DNA from: an uncultured Candidatus Rokubacteria bacterium
Lineage (GTDB): Bacteria > Methylomirabilota > Methylomirabilia > Rokubacteriales > CSP1-6
Direction: 5' to 3'
NCBI GenBank assembly: GCA_963758635.1
Contig: CAVWWD010000009.1
Location: 1-64,000 of the forward strand
Length of the DNA stretch: 64,000 nt
Positions 42,479 through 54,012 of this stretch are shown here, one piece after another. The translations under genes and the position numbers were made by a program. Below the pieces are notes generated by a model. That model saw only the letters and a list, made by a program, of their open reading frames with translations, did not search any database and was not told where the DNA came from. Each line of letters opens with the position of its first letter. The stretch's first letter is position 1.

Positions 42479-43981
42479 GCGGAGGCCCGGGGAAAGTACA
42501 TCCTCACCGCCGTCCCCGTCCCCGGCGCGGACTCCACGTCGACGTAGCCGCCGTGCTGCTTGACGATGCCGTACACGCTGGGCAGGCCGAGGCCCATGCC
42601 GTCGCCGAACCTCCGGTTCGAGAAGAAAGGCTCGAAGACGTGGGCCAGCGCCTCGGGGCTCATGCCCACGCCGGTGTCCTTGACCCCGACGAGCACGTGC
42701 TCTCCCGCGCGCGCGCCCGTGTGCTGCTGCGCGAACGCCGCGCCCAGCTCGACGTTGCCCACCTCGACGAGGAGACGGCCGCCGTCCGGCATAGCGTGGA
42801 CGGCGTTCCGGATCAGGTGCATGACGATGGCCTCGAGCTGCTCGGCGTCGGCGTCCACCGGCCAGAGGTCGGGGGCGATCTCGAACGTCAGGAGCGACGC
42901 CGACCGGCGCGGCGCCCTGGAGCCGGGGCTCCATCCCGCGCACGATCGTGCCCACGTCGAGCCGCTCCATCGAAAGCGACAGGCGCCGGCTGAAGGCCAG
43001 GAGCTGCTGCGCCAGCGTCGACGCGCGGCGGCCCGCCCGCATGAGGACGTCGATGCCGGATACCCGCGGATCCGCCTCCTCCAGCGTGTTGCGGAGCAGC
43101 TCGGCACGGCCCAGCACCACCGACATGAGGTTGTTGCACTCGTGGGCGATGCCGCTGGCGAGCTGCGCCACCGCCTCCATCCGCTCCATGGCGCGGACCT
43201 TCGCCTCCAGGCGCTTGCGCTCGGACGCGTCGATCACCGTGACGAGCACGGCGAGCGCCTGGTTCCAGACGACCACCGAGCTCCAGGTCTCGGCCCACAG
43301 CGACCGGCCCGCGCGGGTGAGGTGCTCGACCGCCAGGTCCTCGGACACCCGCTCGCCAGCCAGGAGCGCGGCCACGTGCGCGTCCACGCGCGGGCATTCC
43401 GCGGGCGCGAGCAGGCTCGCGAAGGGCTGGCCAACCAGGTCCTCGGGGGTGAGGGCGCCGTGCATGCGGGCGAGCGCGCGGTTGGCGAAGAGGATCACGC
43501 CGTCCTGATGGATGCACACGCCGAGCGGCGACCCCTCGACGAGGCTCTGGTGGCGGGCCTGGCTCTCCTCCACCACCTTCTGGGTCCGTCGCAGCGCCTG
43601 CTCCGCGCGCACGCGCTCCGTCACGTCGATGGCGTGACCGTACACGCGGGGCGGCCCGCCGGGGACGGAGAGGCGGACGTTCCGGTACTGCCAGATCTGC
43701 TCGTCGCCGTCCTTGGCCAGCATCACCATCAGCCCGCTGTCGGAGCCCTCGCGCTCGATGCGGTCGAGGTACGCGTCGAACAGGTGCTCGACCAGGGGCG
43801 ACAGGTAATTGCGGAGGCTCCGGCCGACCATGTCCTCGGGGGCGCGGCCCAGCGCCTGCGCAGCGGGCTGGCTCACGTACACGAGGATGCCGGCGGAGTC
43901 GTGCACGCACATGAGGCCGAGGCTGTTCTCGACGAGGAGCCGGCAGTGCTGGTCGGCGACGCGGGCGGTCGCCTCGGCCAT
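42475..43981 (-). CDS. Two-PAS sensor histidine kinase (frameshift near 42897)
   Basis: Two PAS domains, IAHECNNL, DTGVGM..FEPFFS..GMGLGL. Confidence 0.9.
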
Positions 43982-44277
43982 CGCGCCCGGGCTCCCGGGG
44001 ACGGCCCGGCGCCGGCCGCCGCCGCCGGGTCTCCGCCCTTAGCGCGACGGCGGCGTGTCGGCTTCGCCACGGTAGTTCTGAGCAACTACGGTGTCACCCG
44101 CGCCTGGAGCCCCGGCCGCCAGGGGCGCGAGGTCGATGACGGGAATGGTAAGCGGCACACGCGGGCCCGCTAGGGTGGTGCGGATGGCCATGACGCCTCC
44201 AGGGGCGGGTCTTCCGGCTCCACCCGCTTCCTACCTGTGTGCCCCGCGCCCCCGCGGATGTCAATCAGCCTGAGGTC

Positions 44278-45318
44278 TTACCCCACGTGGTGCTCCTCCG
44301 CGAACAGCCGCATGGACCGGAGCGCGAGATCCGTGGCAAGCCCGGGGAGCGCCATCAGGAGGAGAACGCGCTGGTAGCCGGTAGCGTCCACGTACTCCGA
44401 GAGCGACTTCCGCACCTGGCTCGGCGTGCCGATGTGGGCCAAGCCCGTGTCGAGGTACTCGCGATACGGGCGCAGGCGCACGAGCGAGCGGTCGAACGAG
44501 TCGGCGATGGAGCCGCCGGTGTCCGACGACCGGAGCCGCGCCATGCGGCCCTGGTAGCGCATGAACGGCCCCTCGCTCTCCTGCACCGCGTCGCCGTGGC
44601 TCGGCGCCACGTACACGACGCGCATGCCCCAGGAGCGGCGCTCGAAGTCCTCGATGGCGGATGCCGTGTGCCCGGCCGCCCGCGCCTCCTCGCGGTAGAC
44701 CTGCTGGCGGCGCTGGAGCTCCGGCACCGGCACGAAGAAGGACGACAGCGTGGGCAGGCCGAGGCGAGCGGCCGAGCGCACGCTGTCCTCGCTGTTAGCG
44801 GCCATGAACAGCGGAGGGTGCGGCTTCTGCGCGGGAGCGGGTCGCGCGTGCAGTCGGTCCGCGGAATGGAAACGGCCTTGAAAATCGAAGGGCCGGCCCG
44901 TCCAGCACTCGCGCATCAGGGCCAGGCCTTCCTCGACGCGGGGCCGGCTGTCGCCGCGATCGGACTGGAACGTCTGGTAGTCCTGAAGCGTCCCGCCCCG
45001 GCCGATCCCCACGTCGAGCCGGCCGCCGCTGACCACGTCGAGCACAGCCAGCTGCTCGGCGAGGTCCACGGGATGGTGGAGCGGCAGGAGGCTCACGCCC
45101 ATGCCCAGGCGCAGCGCGCGCGTCCGCGCCGCGACGTACGCGGCGAGGACGGGCGGGGCCGGGCAGAGGCCGTAGTCGTTGAAGTGGTGCTCGGCGATCC
45201 ACACCGAGTGATAGCCCAGCGGCTCGGCGGCCAGCATCTGCTCGAGGCCGGAGTCGTAGACCGCCTGCTCGCTCCACTCGTCGTCGCGCTGCATCAGGAA
45301 GAACAGCCCGTAGTCCAT
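44278..45318 (-). CDS. LLM-class flavin-dependent oxidoreductase
   Basis: GYHSVWIAEHHF, LAEQLAVLDVVSGGRLDVGIGRG. Confidence 0.9.
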   Translation of the reverse strand: MDYGLFFLMQRDDEWSEQAVYDSGLEQMLAAEPLGYHSVWIAEHHFNDYGLCPAPPVLAAYVAARTRALRLGMGVSLLPLHHPVDLAEQLAVLDVVSGGRLDVGIGRGGTLQDYQTFQSDRGDSRPRVEEGLALMRECWTGRPFDFQGRFHSADRLHARPAPAQKPHPPLFMAANSEDSVRSAARLGLPTLSSFFVPVPELQRRQQVYREEARAAGHTASAIEDFERRSWGMRVVYVAPSHGDAVQESEGPFMRYQGRMARLRSSDTGGSIADSFDRSLVRLRPYREYLDTGLAHIGTPSQVRKSLSEYVDATGYQRVLLLMALPGLATDLALRSMRLFAEEHHVG

Positions 45319-45466
45319 GGTCGCGGACTCCCTGCGGGTTCGTCGTGTGCCTGCGGGGGCGTCGTCCGGCGGCTCCTCCCCGAGGCGGAAGTGGGCGATC
45401 GGCCAGTTCTGTCTCGCGAGGCGGCGCGCCTCCCGTCCGTCCGCATCACCCGACATGAGCGCGATT

Positions 45467-46516
45467 CTACGCGAGCGCCGCGCGCACCCGAGGCAGCACC
45501 TCGCGGGCAACGCGCGCCATGTACCCGCGCTCCGGGTCGTCGGGCACCGCCGGGTTGGGGATCGGGTGCAGTACGACGTGCTCGAAGGCCGCGGGGGCGG
45601 CGCGCAGGACGCGGACGACCTGCGCGGCGACGTCCTCCGCGCCCCCGCGCAGGCAGAAGGCGTCGGCCGCGGCCGGGGGGAGGAAGTCCACCACGCGGCC
45701 GCTCGCCACGAGGTCGGCGGCGTGGTGGAAGTCCGGCCACACGGAGCACTCGTGCTTGAGCTTCTCGGGGTCGGGGCCCGACCACGCGAGCCCGGGCGCC
45801 TCGAACAGCGTCGGCGAGTACTCGTAGTAGCCCGCGGCCATGGACTTGCCCATCAGGAGCGCCTGCGTGGGATCGTCCACGAACACGGTGTGGAACACGG
45901 CGCCCAGGCGAACGGATGCGGGATCACGGCCGGCGGCCGCCGCGCCCGCGCGGATCGCCGCGATGGCGTTCGCGATGTTCCCGGCGTGCGTCCCGACGCG
46001 GATGAACACGCCGTCGGCCACGCCGCCGGCCATGCGGAGCGTGCGCGGGCCGCCGGCGGCGATCCAGATGGGCACGGGCCGGTGGTGCGGCAGCCGCGCG
46101 GGCTGCGCCGCGCCGACCTCGACGCCCTCGCCGTCCAGCAGCGCGCGCATCATCCGCGTGCTCGACTCGAGCTCGGCCACGCGCGCCGGGCGGAGCCCGG
46201 CCAGCCGCACCGCGGTGTCGCCCACGCCCCAGCCGAGCACGGTGCGCCCCGGCGCCAGCTCGTCGATGGTGGCGATCGACGACGCGGTGACGCTCGGGTG
46301 GCGGTTCATGGGGTTGGCGAGCAGCGTGCCGAGCGTGATGCGCTCGGTGGCCCGCGCGGCGGCGGCGAGCAGCACGTAGGTGTCGCGGCGGCGGAGCTGG
46401 GAGTCCGGCTGCCACGCGGCGTCCCAGCCGAGCGTCTCGGCGCGGCGCACGTCCGCGGCGAAGGCGTCCACCGAGCGCGCATCGAACCGGTTGAGGCCGA
46501 AGCGGGGCTCCGTCAT
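45467..46516 (-). CDS. LLM-class oxidoreductase (Mer-like)
   Basis: AETLGWD..PDSQ, ATIDELAPGR, PIWIAAGGPRTLRMAGGVADG. Confidence 0.9.
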   Translation of the reverse strand: MTEPRFGLNRFDARSVDAFAADVRRAETLGWDAAWQPDSQLRRRDTYVLLAAAARATERITLGTLLANPMNRHPSVTASSIATIDELAPGRTVLGWGVGDTAVRLAGLRPARVAELESSTRMMRALLDGEGVEVGAAQPARLPHHRPVPIWIAAGGPRTLRMAGGVADGVFIRVGTHAGNIANAIAAIRAGAAAAGRDPASVRLGAVFHTVFVDDPTQALLMGKSMAAGYYEYSPTLFEAPGLAWSGPDPEKLKHECSVWPDFHHAADLVASGRVVDFLPPAAADAFCLRGGAEDVAAQVVRVLRAAPAAFEHVVLHPIPNPAVPDDPERGYMARVAREVLPRVRAALA

Positions 46517-47751
46517 GCGAGGGCGCCGGCGCGCGCCCGCGTCGCGCGGCCCATCGGCGTGTCCTCGAGGCGGAAGAACGCCAGCATGTTGCCGGCGGCG
46601 ATCCGGTACGCGTCGTCCGCGGGCACGCCGGCGAAGAGCCGCTCGGCGAACGGGCGCGTGTTCGGCCAGTCGCACTCGATGTGGGGGAAGTCGGTGGCGA
46701 ACATGATGTGGTCCACGCCGATGTGGTGGCGGAGCTCCACCGCGACCCGCTCCACGTGCTGCACGCTGAAGTGGACGTGGTCGCGCACGTACTCGCTGGG
46801 ACGCCGCTTGGGCGGCCGGAAGCCCAGCAGCCGCTCGGACCAGTGGCGATGACGCTCGTACCAGTAATCCGCCTCCTCCATCCAGAACGGGACCCAGCCG
46901 AGGCGCGTTTCCGCGAAGAAGATCTGGAGCCCGGGGAGGCGGTCGAAGACGCCGGACAGCACCATCTGCGACAGGCTCAGCGCGGGCGCGGTGCCGAGGA
47001 AGGGCAGGGCCACCCACTCCACGATGGTCCGGCCGCCGAGCCGGGCCAGCACCGTCTCGTCGGCGCCCGGGTACTCGAACGTGGGCTGCTTGGCGCGCGG
47101 CCCGAGGCGGTCGTAGGCCACGTGCACGGTGAGCGGCATCCGCATGTCGATGGCCGCGGCCCAGAAGCGATCGTCCTCCGGCGTGGGGAAGCCCTTGCCG
47201 CTCGGGAACACGCCGAGGTTCACGCCGCGCAGACCGAGGCGCGCGCAATGCTCGAGCTCCGCGATGGCGTCGTCGACGGTGGTCCACGGGATCACGCCGA
47301 GGCCGATCAGGCGGTCGCGCGACACCGCGCAGTACTCCTCGCCCAGCCAGTCGTTGTAGGCGCGCACGGCGGCGCGATAGGCGTCGGCGTCGGTCATCAG
47401 GGCCCAGAGCCGCGGCCCCATCTGCATGTTCGGGAACAGCACCTCGGCCCCGAGGCCGTCCACGTCCTGCTCGCGCAGGCGCTGCTCGGGCGGGCCGACC
47501 CCCGCGGTGTCCTCCACGGTGACGCCGAACGGCTGCCACGTCTCGTTGGTGCGCCCCGCCCGCAGGTCCAGGAACGGCACGGGGCGGGGCTCGGCGCCGG
47601 GCACGAGGATGGCGTCGCCGCCGTCGGGGAGCTTGATCGTCCGCGGCACCTTGTCCATGAACCGCGCGGGAACCCGGACCGTCCAGCGCTCGGGCAGGAC
47701 CTCGAGGTGTCCGTCGCTCGACAGGAGCGGAGGCAAGGGAACGGAAGCCAT
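46513..47751 (-). CDS. Amidohydrolase family protein
   Basis: SSDGHLE, AYNDWL, GVFDRLPGL, MFATDFPH. Confidence 0.9.
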   Translation of the reverse strand: MASVPLPPLLSSDGHLEVLPERWTVRVPARFMDKVPRTIKLPDGGDAILVPGAEPRPVPFLDLRAGRTNETWQPFGVTVEDTAGVGPPEQRLREQDVDGLGAEVLFPNMQMGPRLWALMTDADAYRAAVRAYNDWLGEEYCAVSRDRLIGLGVIPWTTVDDAIAELEHCARLGLRGVNLGVFPSGKGFPTPEDDRFWAAAIDMRMPLTVHVAYDRLGPRAKQPTFEYPGADETVLARLGGRTIVEWVALPFLGTAPALSLSQMVLSGVFDRLPGLQIFFAETRLGWVPFWMEEADYWYERHRHWSERLLGFRPPKRRPSEYVRDHVHFSVQHVERVAVELRHHIGVDHIMFATDFPHIECDWPNTRPFAERLFAGVPADDAYRIAAGNMLAFFRLEDTPMGRATRARAGALA

Positions 47752-47908
47752 GGACGGTCTCCTTGTCGCGGGGATTCGGGCCAGCGGGCACCGCGATCGT
47801 CGCCCGTGGAGGGCGGGCCAGTCAAGCGGGGGCCCGCTCGACACCGGCGACGCCGTCGTCGTACCATCGGCCTGTCGCACCCGGCCAATCTCCTCGAGGA
47901 GGGACACC

Positions 47909-48962
47909 ATGGGCGAGATCCTGGCGCTCGGCCTCACGCACTATCCGCCGCTCGGCGGACGCGACGAGAACATGGCCCGCATCCTCAAGCGCGTCATGGA
48001 GGACCCCGACCTGCCGGACCATCTTCGCCGGCCCGAGGGATGGCCGGAGCCGATGCGCCGGGAGTGGGGCGCGGACCAGGGGCTCACCGCGGCGAAGGAG
48101 CATCGCGCGGCGCTGCGCGCGGAGTTCCGGAAGGCGCGCCGGGCGCTCGACGACTTCGCGCCGGACGTGGTGGTGATCTGGGGCGACGACCAGTACGAGA
48201 ACTTCAAGGAGGACGTCGTCCCCGCGTTCTGCCTGCTCGCCTACGAGTCGATCGAGCACCGGCCGTGGGGGGAGGCGCGCGGCCCGAACCCGTGGGACGA
48301 GGCGGGCGACACCGCGTTCGCGTACAAGGGGCACCGGCCCGCCGCGAAGCATCTCGCCACCGGCCTCCTCGAGGCGGGCTTCGACGTGGCCTACGCGTAT
48401 CGTCCCCTGCACCATCCGCTGGGCCACGCGTTCATGAACACGCTGCTTGTTCCTCGACTACGACCGGCAAGGCTTCCCCTACCCGGTCGTGCCGTTCCAG
48501 GTGAACTGCTACGGCCGGCGCGTCATCTCCCAGCGCGGCGGCGCGGCCACGCTCGGCAACCAGCCGGACGAGGACCTCCTCGACCCGCCGTCGCCCGCTC
48601 CGTGGCGGTGCTTCGACCTCGGAAAGGCGGCCGCGCGCGTGCTCGCGGCGAGCCCGTGGCGCGTGGCGCTGATCGCCTCGTCGAGCTGGTCGCACGCCTT
48701 CCTCACGCCGAAGCATCACCTGCTCTATCCGGACGTGGACTCCGACCGCGCGCTGTACGAGCAGCTCCGCACCGGGGACTACCAGGCCTGGCGGCGGACA
48801 CCGCTCGCCGCCATGGAGGAGAGCGGCCAGCACGAGATGCTGAACTGGATGTGCCTGGCGGGGGCCATGGAAGAGCTCGGCCGGCGCCGGCCGGACGAGA
48901 GCACGCTGATCCAGACCTACATCTTCAACTCGAGCAAGTGCTTCACCGTCTCACGCCCTTGA
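47909..48962 (+). CDS. Extradiol ring-cleavage dioxygenase, LigB/MhpB-like (frameshift near 48447)
   Basis: LGLTHYPP, VIWGDDQYENF, LGHAF, ASSSWSH, GQHEMLNW. Confidence 0.85.
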
Positions 48963-49193
48963 GGGCCCCCTCCAGGCTTAGCGGTAGGAACTACTCGGTA
49001 GTTTCGGCGGCCGCGGACCTACCCGGGCCCGGCGGCCCCGGCTCGTCGGCCGCTCGCACCCGTGCGATAAGGCGACTCCGTTTCCTAGGTGTCGCCACGC
49101 CGCGACGAAGACGGCGGGTCGCGGCACACGTCTTGCCCCTCCCTGGACCAATTCGACCGGACCCGACCGCATACGAACGGGAGGCCACTGCTC

Positions 49194-50066
49194 ATGAGCG
49201 CGGATACGCCGAGTCACCTCGTCGGCCTGATCGACAAGCACCACGCCGACCTCCTGGCGGAGTGGGTGAAGGAGCAGCGGGCCCTCGCGGCCCGGCATGG
49301 ATCGCTCGTCCCCGACGACGAGACGCACGAGCAGTCCCGTCGCCTCCTCGTCTCGATGCGCGCCGGACTCGCCGGCGGCAACCCGGACGACCTCTTCGCT
49401 CCGGCCTGGGCCGACGTCCGTGATCTCCTGGGCGAGATCTCGCGCGACCGCGCGGCGAGGGGATCGTCGCCCGCCGAGACGGCGACGTTCGTCTTCTCGC
49501 TCAAGCAGCCCCTGTTCTCCCTCATCCGCCGGGAGCTCGCGCGCGATCCCGCCCGGGTCGTGGACGAGACGTGGGCGGCCACGCTCCTCCTCGACCGCCT
49601 GGGCCTCTACACCACCGAGGTCTTCCAGAAGAGCCGGGAAGGCATCATCGCCCGCCAGCAGCAGGAGCTGCTCGAGCTGTCCACGCCGGTCGTCGAGCTC
49701 TGGCAGGGTGTCCTCGCCCTCCCCCTCATCGGCACGCTGGACAGCGCTCGGACGCAAGTCGTGATGGAGAGCCTCCTCCAGCGCATCGTCGAGACGGGCG
49801 CGCCCATCGCCATCATCGACATCACCGGGGTCCCCACCGTCGATACCCTCGTGGCCCAGCATCTCCTCAAGACGGTGGCGGCGGCTCGCCTCATGGGCGC
49901 CGACTGCATCATCAGCGGCATCCGCCCGCAGATCGCCCAGACCATCGTGCACCTGGGGGTCGAGCTGGGCGGCGTGGTGACGAAGGCCACCCTGGCCGCG
50001 GCGTTCGCCGTCGCGCTGGACCGCGCGGGTCTGACGGTGTCGCGGAACGCCCGCGCGGCGCGCTGA
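49194..50066 (+). CDS. rsbR: Stressosome sensor/scaffold RsbR (N-terminal sensor + STAS)
   Basis: ELSTPVVELWQGVLALPLIGTLDSAR..IDITGVPTVDT. Confidence 0.95.
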   Translation: MSADTPSHLVGLIDKHHADLLAEWVKEQRALAARHGSLVPDDETHEQSRRLLVSMRAGLAGGNPDDLFAPAWADVRDLLGEISRDRAARGSSPAETATFVFSLKQPLFSLIRRELARDPARVVDETWAATLLLDRLGLYTTEVFQKSREGIIARQQQELLELSTPVVELWQGVLALPLIGTLDSARTQVVMESLLQRIVETGAPIAIIDITGVPTVDTLVAQHLLKTVAAARLMGADCIISGIRPQIAQTIVHLGVELGGVVTKATLAAAFAVALDRAGLTVSRNARAAR

Positions 50067-50080
50067 GGAGCACGCGTCCC

Positions 50081-50467
50081 GTGGAGCGCATCCCGATCCT
50101 CAAGATGGGTCGCTTCCTGCTCGTCACCGTGCAGGTCGACATGCACGATCGTCTGGCCATGACGCTCCAGGACGACCTCACCCAGCGCATCGTGCAGACG
50201 GGCGCGCAGGGCGTGCTCATCGACATCTCCGCCCTCGAGGTCGTGGACTCCTTCATCGGGCGCATGCTCGGCAACACCGCGTCGATGTCGCGGATTCTCG
50301 ACGCGGAGACGGTCGTGGTCGGCATGCGTCCCGCGGTGGCCATCACCCTCGTCGAGCTCGGCCTGTCCCTGACCGGCGTGCGCACCGCGCTGAACGTGGA
50401 GGCCGGGATGAGCCTCCTGCAGGCCGCGCGGGGAAACGGGGCGGATGGCCACCCTCTCGCGAAGTGA
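50081..50467 (+). CDS. rsbS: Stressosome STAS protein RsbS
   Basis: ERIPILKMG..LIDISALEVVDSF..GMRPAVAITLVELG. Confidence 0.95.
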   Translation: MERIPILKMGRFLLVTVQVDMHDRLAMTLQDDLTQRIVQTGAQGVLIDISALEVVDSFIGRMLGNTASMSRILDAETVVVGMRPAVAITLVELGLSLTGVRTALNVEAGMSLLQAARGNGADGHPLAK

Positions 50468-50854
50468 GACGCATCCGATCCGCGCGGTGGAAGACGTGGT
50501 CCACGTCCGGCAGCTCGTGCGGGCCCGCGCGGTGGACCAGGGCTTCGGCCTCGTCGACCAGACGAAGATGGTGACGGCGGCGAGCGAGCTGGCGCGCAAT
50601 ACCCTCGTGCACGGCGGCGGCGGGCAGGTGCGCCTCGACCTCCTCGATCGACGGGAGCCGGCGCGGCATCCGGCTCGTGTTCGAGGACAAGGGCCCGGGC
50701 ATCGCGGACATCGAGCTGGCCCTGAAGGACGGCTACACCACGGCGAGGGGGCCTCGGGCTCGGCCTGAGCGGCTCTCGGCGGCTTTCGAACGAATTCGAG
50801 ATCTCGTCCCGGGTCGGCGAGGGGACCCGCGTGACGATCGTCCGCTGGAAATGA
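50445..50854 (+). CDS. rsbT: Ser/Thr kinase RsbT (frameshifted)
   Basis: TAASELARNTLVHGGGG, FEDKGPGIADIELALKDGYTT, VRWK*. Confidence 0.9.
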
Positions 50855-51871
50855 TCGACACCGTCGTGGTCCCGATCGGCGATCCGAGCGGCGCCGCGCA
50901 CGCGCGGCGGCGGGCGCTCGACGTGAGCGCCCGGCTGGGCTTCACCGAGGCCGCGGCGAGCGGCGTGGCCATCTCGGTGATGGAGATGGCGACGAACCTC
51001 GTCAAGCACGCCAAGGAGGGCACGCTGCTCGTCCAGACCATCGAGGAGGACGGCCGGCGCGGCCTGGATCTCGTCGGGATCGACCGGGGGCCGGGCATGG
51101 CCAGCGTCGCCGCCGCCATGCGCGACGGGTACTCCACCGCGGGCAGCTCGGGCACGGGTCTGGGCGCGCTGTCCCGGCTCGCCGACAGCTTCGACGTGCA
51201 CTCGACCCCGGGCGGCGGCACCGTGGTGGCGGCCCGCTTCTGGGCCCAGCCCGGGGAGAGGCGCGCGGGCGCGGCCGCGGTGGACATCGCCGGGTTCTCC
51301 GTGGCGTTCGCGGGCGAGCCGGCGTCCGGCGATGGCATGGGCCTGGCACGGTCGTCCAGGGGGCGCGCGCATCCTGCTCGTCGACGGCCTCGGCCACGGC
51401 CTGGGCGCCGCCGCGGCGGCCCGTCGCGCCATGGAGCTGTTCGACGATGCCCGCGGCCTCACCCCGGTCGACCTCCTCGACCGTCTGCATGCCGGCCTCC
51501 GCGACACGCGGGGCGCGGCCGGCGCCGTGGCCGACCTCGACCTGCAGCAGGGGGTCTTGCACTGGGCGGGCCTCGGAAACATCGCGGGCGCGGTCGTCAC
51601 CGCGACGGGCTCACGCCGCATGGTCTCGAGCAACGGCACCCTCGGCCACGAGGCCAGGCGCGTCGTCGCGTTCGACTACCCGTTCCCGCGAGGCGCCCTG
51701 CTCGTGGCCCACTCCGACGGTCTCTCCAGCCGGTGGTCGCTGGACACCTACCCGGGACTGCTCGCGCGCCATCCCGCCGTGGTCGGCGCCGTGCTGCTCC
51801 GCGACTTCGCCCGCGCGCGAGATGACGCCACCGTGGTGGTGGCCCGCGCCAGGCCGGGCGCGCCGGCATGA
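50851..51871 (+). CDS. RsbX-like HATPase + PP2C/SpoIIE phosphatase (frameshift near 51335)
   Basis: EMATNLVKHA, DGYSTAG..GLG; VDGLGHG, TRGAA, HSDG, RDDATV. Confidence 0.85.
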
Positions 51872-54010
51872 TCCCCTTGCTGTCGCTTGCGCTCGGCAGC
51901 GAGCCCGACGTGGTCTCGGCGCGACAGCGCGCGCGTCAGGTCGCGGCGCTCCTCGGCTTCGAAGGCCAGGATCAGGTCCGCGTGGCCACCGCGGTGTCGG
52001 AGATCGCGCGCAACGCGATCCAGTACGCCGGCGGCGGGCGGGTCGAGTTCGCCGTCGAGGGCGAGACGCTCCCGCAGCTGCTCCTCGTCACGGTCACGGA
52101 CAAGGGCCCGGGCATCCGCGCCCTCAAGGAGATTCTCGACGGCACCTATCGCTCCCAGACGGGCATGGGCCTCGGCATCGTCGGTACGCGGCGGCTCATG
52201 GACCGCTTCCACATCGAGAGCGCGCCGGGCAGGGCACCCGCGTCTGGCTGCGCAAGATCCTGCCGCGGACCGGCGCCGCTCGTGGACGGCCGCGCCGCCG
52301 CGCGCCTGGCCGACGAGCTCGCGCGCCGGCCCGCGCGGAGCGCGCTGGAAGAGGTGCAGCTGCAGAACCAGGAGCTCCTGCGCGCCCTGGACGCGCTCCG
52401 CGCCCGCCAGGACGACCTCCTGCGGCTGAACGGCGAGCTGGAGGACACGAACCGAGGCGTGGTCGCCCTCTACGCGGAGCTCGACGAGAAGGCCGACCAC
52501 CTCCGCCGCGCCGACGAGCTCAAGTCGCGTTTCCTCTCGAACATGAGCCACGAGTTCCGCACTCCGGTCAACTCGGTGCTCGCGCTCTCACGGCTGCTCC
52601 TGGACCGCGTCGACGGGCCGCTGACCCCCGAGCAGGAGCGCCAGGTGTCGTTCATCCGCAAGGCCGCGGAAGACCTCACCGAGATCGTCAACGACCTGCT
52701 CGACCTCGCCAAGGTCGAGGCGGGCAAGGTCGTGGTGCGTCCGACCGAGTTCGAGGTGACGAACCTCTTCGGCGCGCTCCGCGGCATGCTGCGGCCGCTC
52801 CTCGTGAGCGAGCACGTCCAGCTCCTGTTCGACGAGGTCGACGGACCTTCCGATCATGCGCACGGACGAGGGCAAGGTGTCGCAGATCCTGCGGAACTTC
52901 ATCTCGAACGCGCTCAAGTTCACGGACCAGGGTGAGGTGCGGATCTCCGCGACCCTCGACGCGACGGGGGACGCCGTGGTCTTCAGCGTGGCCGACACGG
53001 GCATCGGCATCGCGCCCGAGGACCAGGAGCGGATCTTCGAGGAGTTCGCGCAGGTCGACCACCCGATGCAGCGTCGGGTGCAGGGCACGGGACTCGGGCT
53101 CCCCCTGTCGCGCCGGCTCGCGCGCCTCCTCGGTGGAGACGTGTCGGTGGAGAGCGTGCCCCACGTCGGCTCCACGTTCCGGGCCACCATTCCCCTGGTC
53201 TACGCGACGGACGCCGAGGCCGCGGCCGAGCCCGCGCGCACCTTCCTGCCCGACCGCGACCGCGCGCCGGTGCTCGTGGTGGAGAACGCGCCCGAGTCCC
53301 TCGTGATCTACGACCGCTTCCTCCGCGCGTCCGAGTACCAGCTGGTCGCCGCCCGCTCCATCGCGGAGGCGCGGCGAGCTCTCGCGCAGGTCCGCCCCGC
53401 CGCCGTCGTGCTCGACATCCTGCTCGACGGCGAGGACGCGTGGGGCTTCCTCGCCGAGCTGAAGAACGCCGATGCCACGCGCGACATCCCGGTGATCGTC
53501 GCCACCACGGTCGACGACCGGAGCAAGGCGCTCGCCCTCGGCGCCGACGCCTACGCGATGAAGCCCATCGACCGGGGCTGGCTCCTGCGCACGCTCGGCC
53601 GGCTCGGCGGGCGGGGCCGCGCCCCGCGGGCGCTGATCGTGGACGACGACGCGACCGCGCGCTACGTCCTGCGCCAGGCGCTCCGCGAGAGCGTGGCCGG
53701 CGTCGTCGAGGCCGAGGGCGGCGAGGACGGCGTGCGCCTGGCCCGCGCCGAGCGGCCCGACATCGTGTTCCTCGATCTCGTCATGCCCGACCTCGCCGGT
53801 GAGGTCGTGCTCGAGACGCTCAAGGCCGACCCCACGACGCGGGACATTCCCGTCGTCATCGTCACGTCGCGGCGCCTCGACGCCGTGGCGCTCGAGCGCC
53901 TGGGCGGGCTCGCCGCGGGCATCCTCGACAAGCAGCGGGTCTCGGTGGAAACGGTGGACGAGTTCGTGAAGGCCGCCCTGGCCGGCGCGGACGACGCCAG
54001 CGGAGCGTAG
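51868..54010 (+). CDS. Hybrid histidine kinase with N-terminal RsbT-like domain and two REC domains (frameshifts)
   Basis: TAVSEIARNA; LEDTNRGVVALYAELD; SHEFRTP; DTGIGI, GTGLGL; two receivers. Confidence 0.9.
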
Positions 54011-54012
54011 CG

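Noticed and set aside
41471..43981. PAS kinase-AlaX-Uma2 fusion ORF
   Set aside because: The kinase C-terminus is in another frame with a stop at 42475 overlapping the alaX GTG; the fusion is a frameshift artefact.
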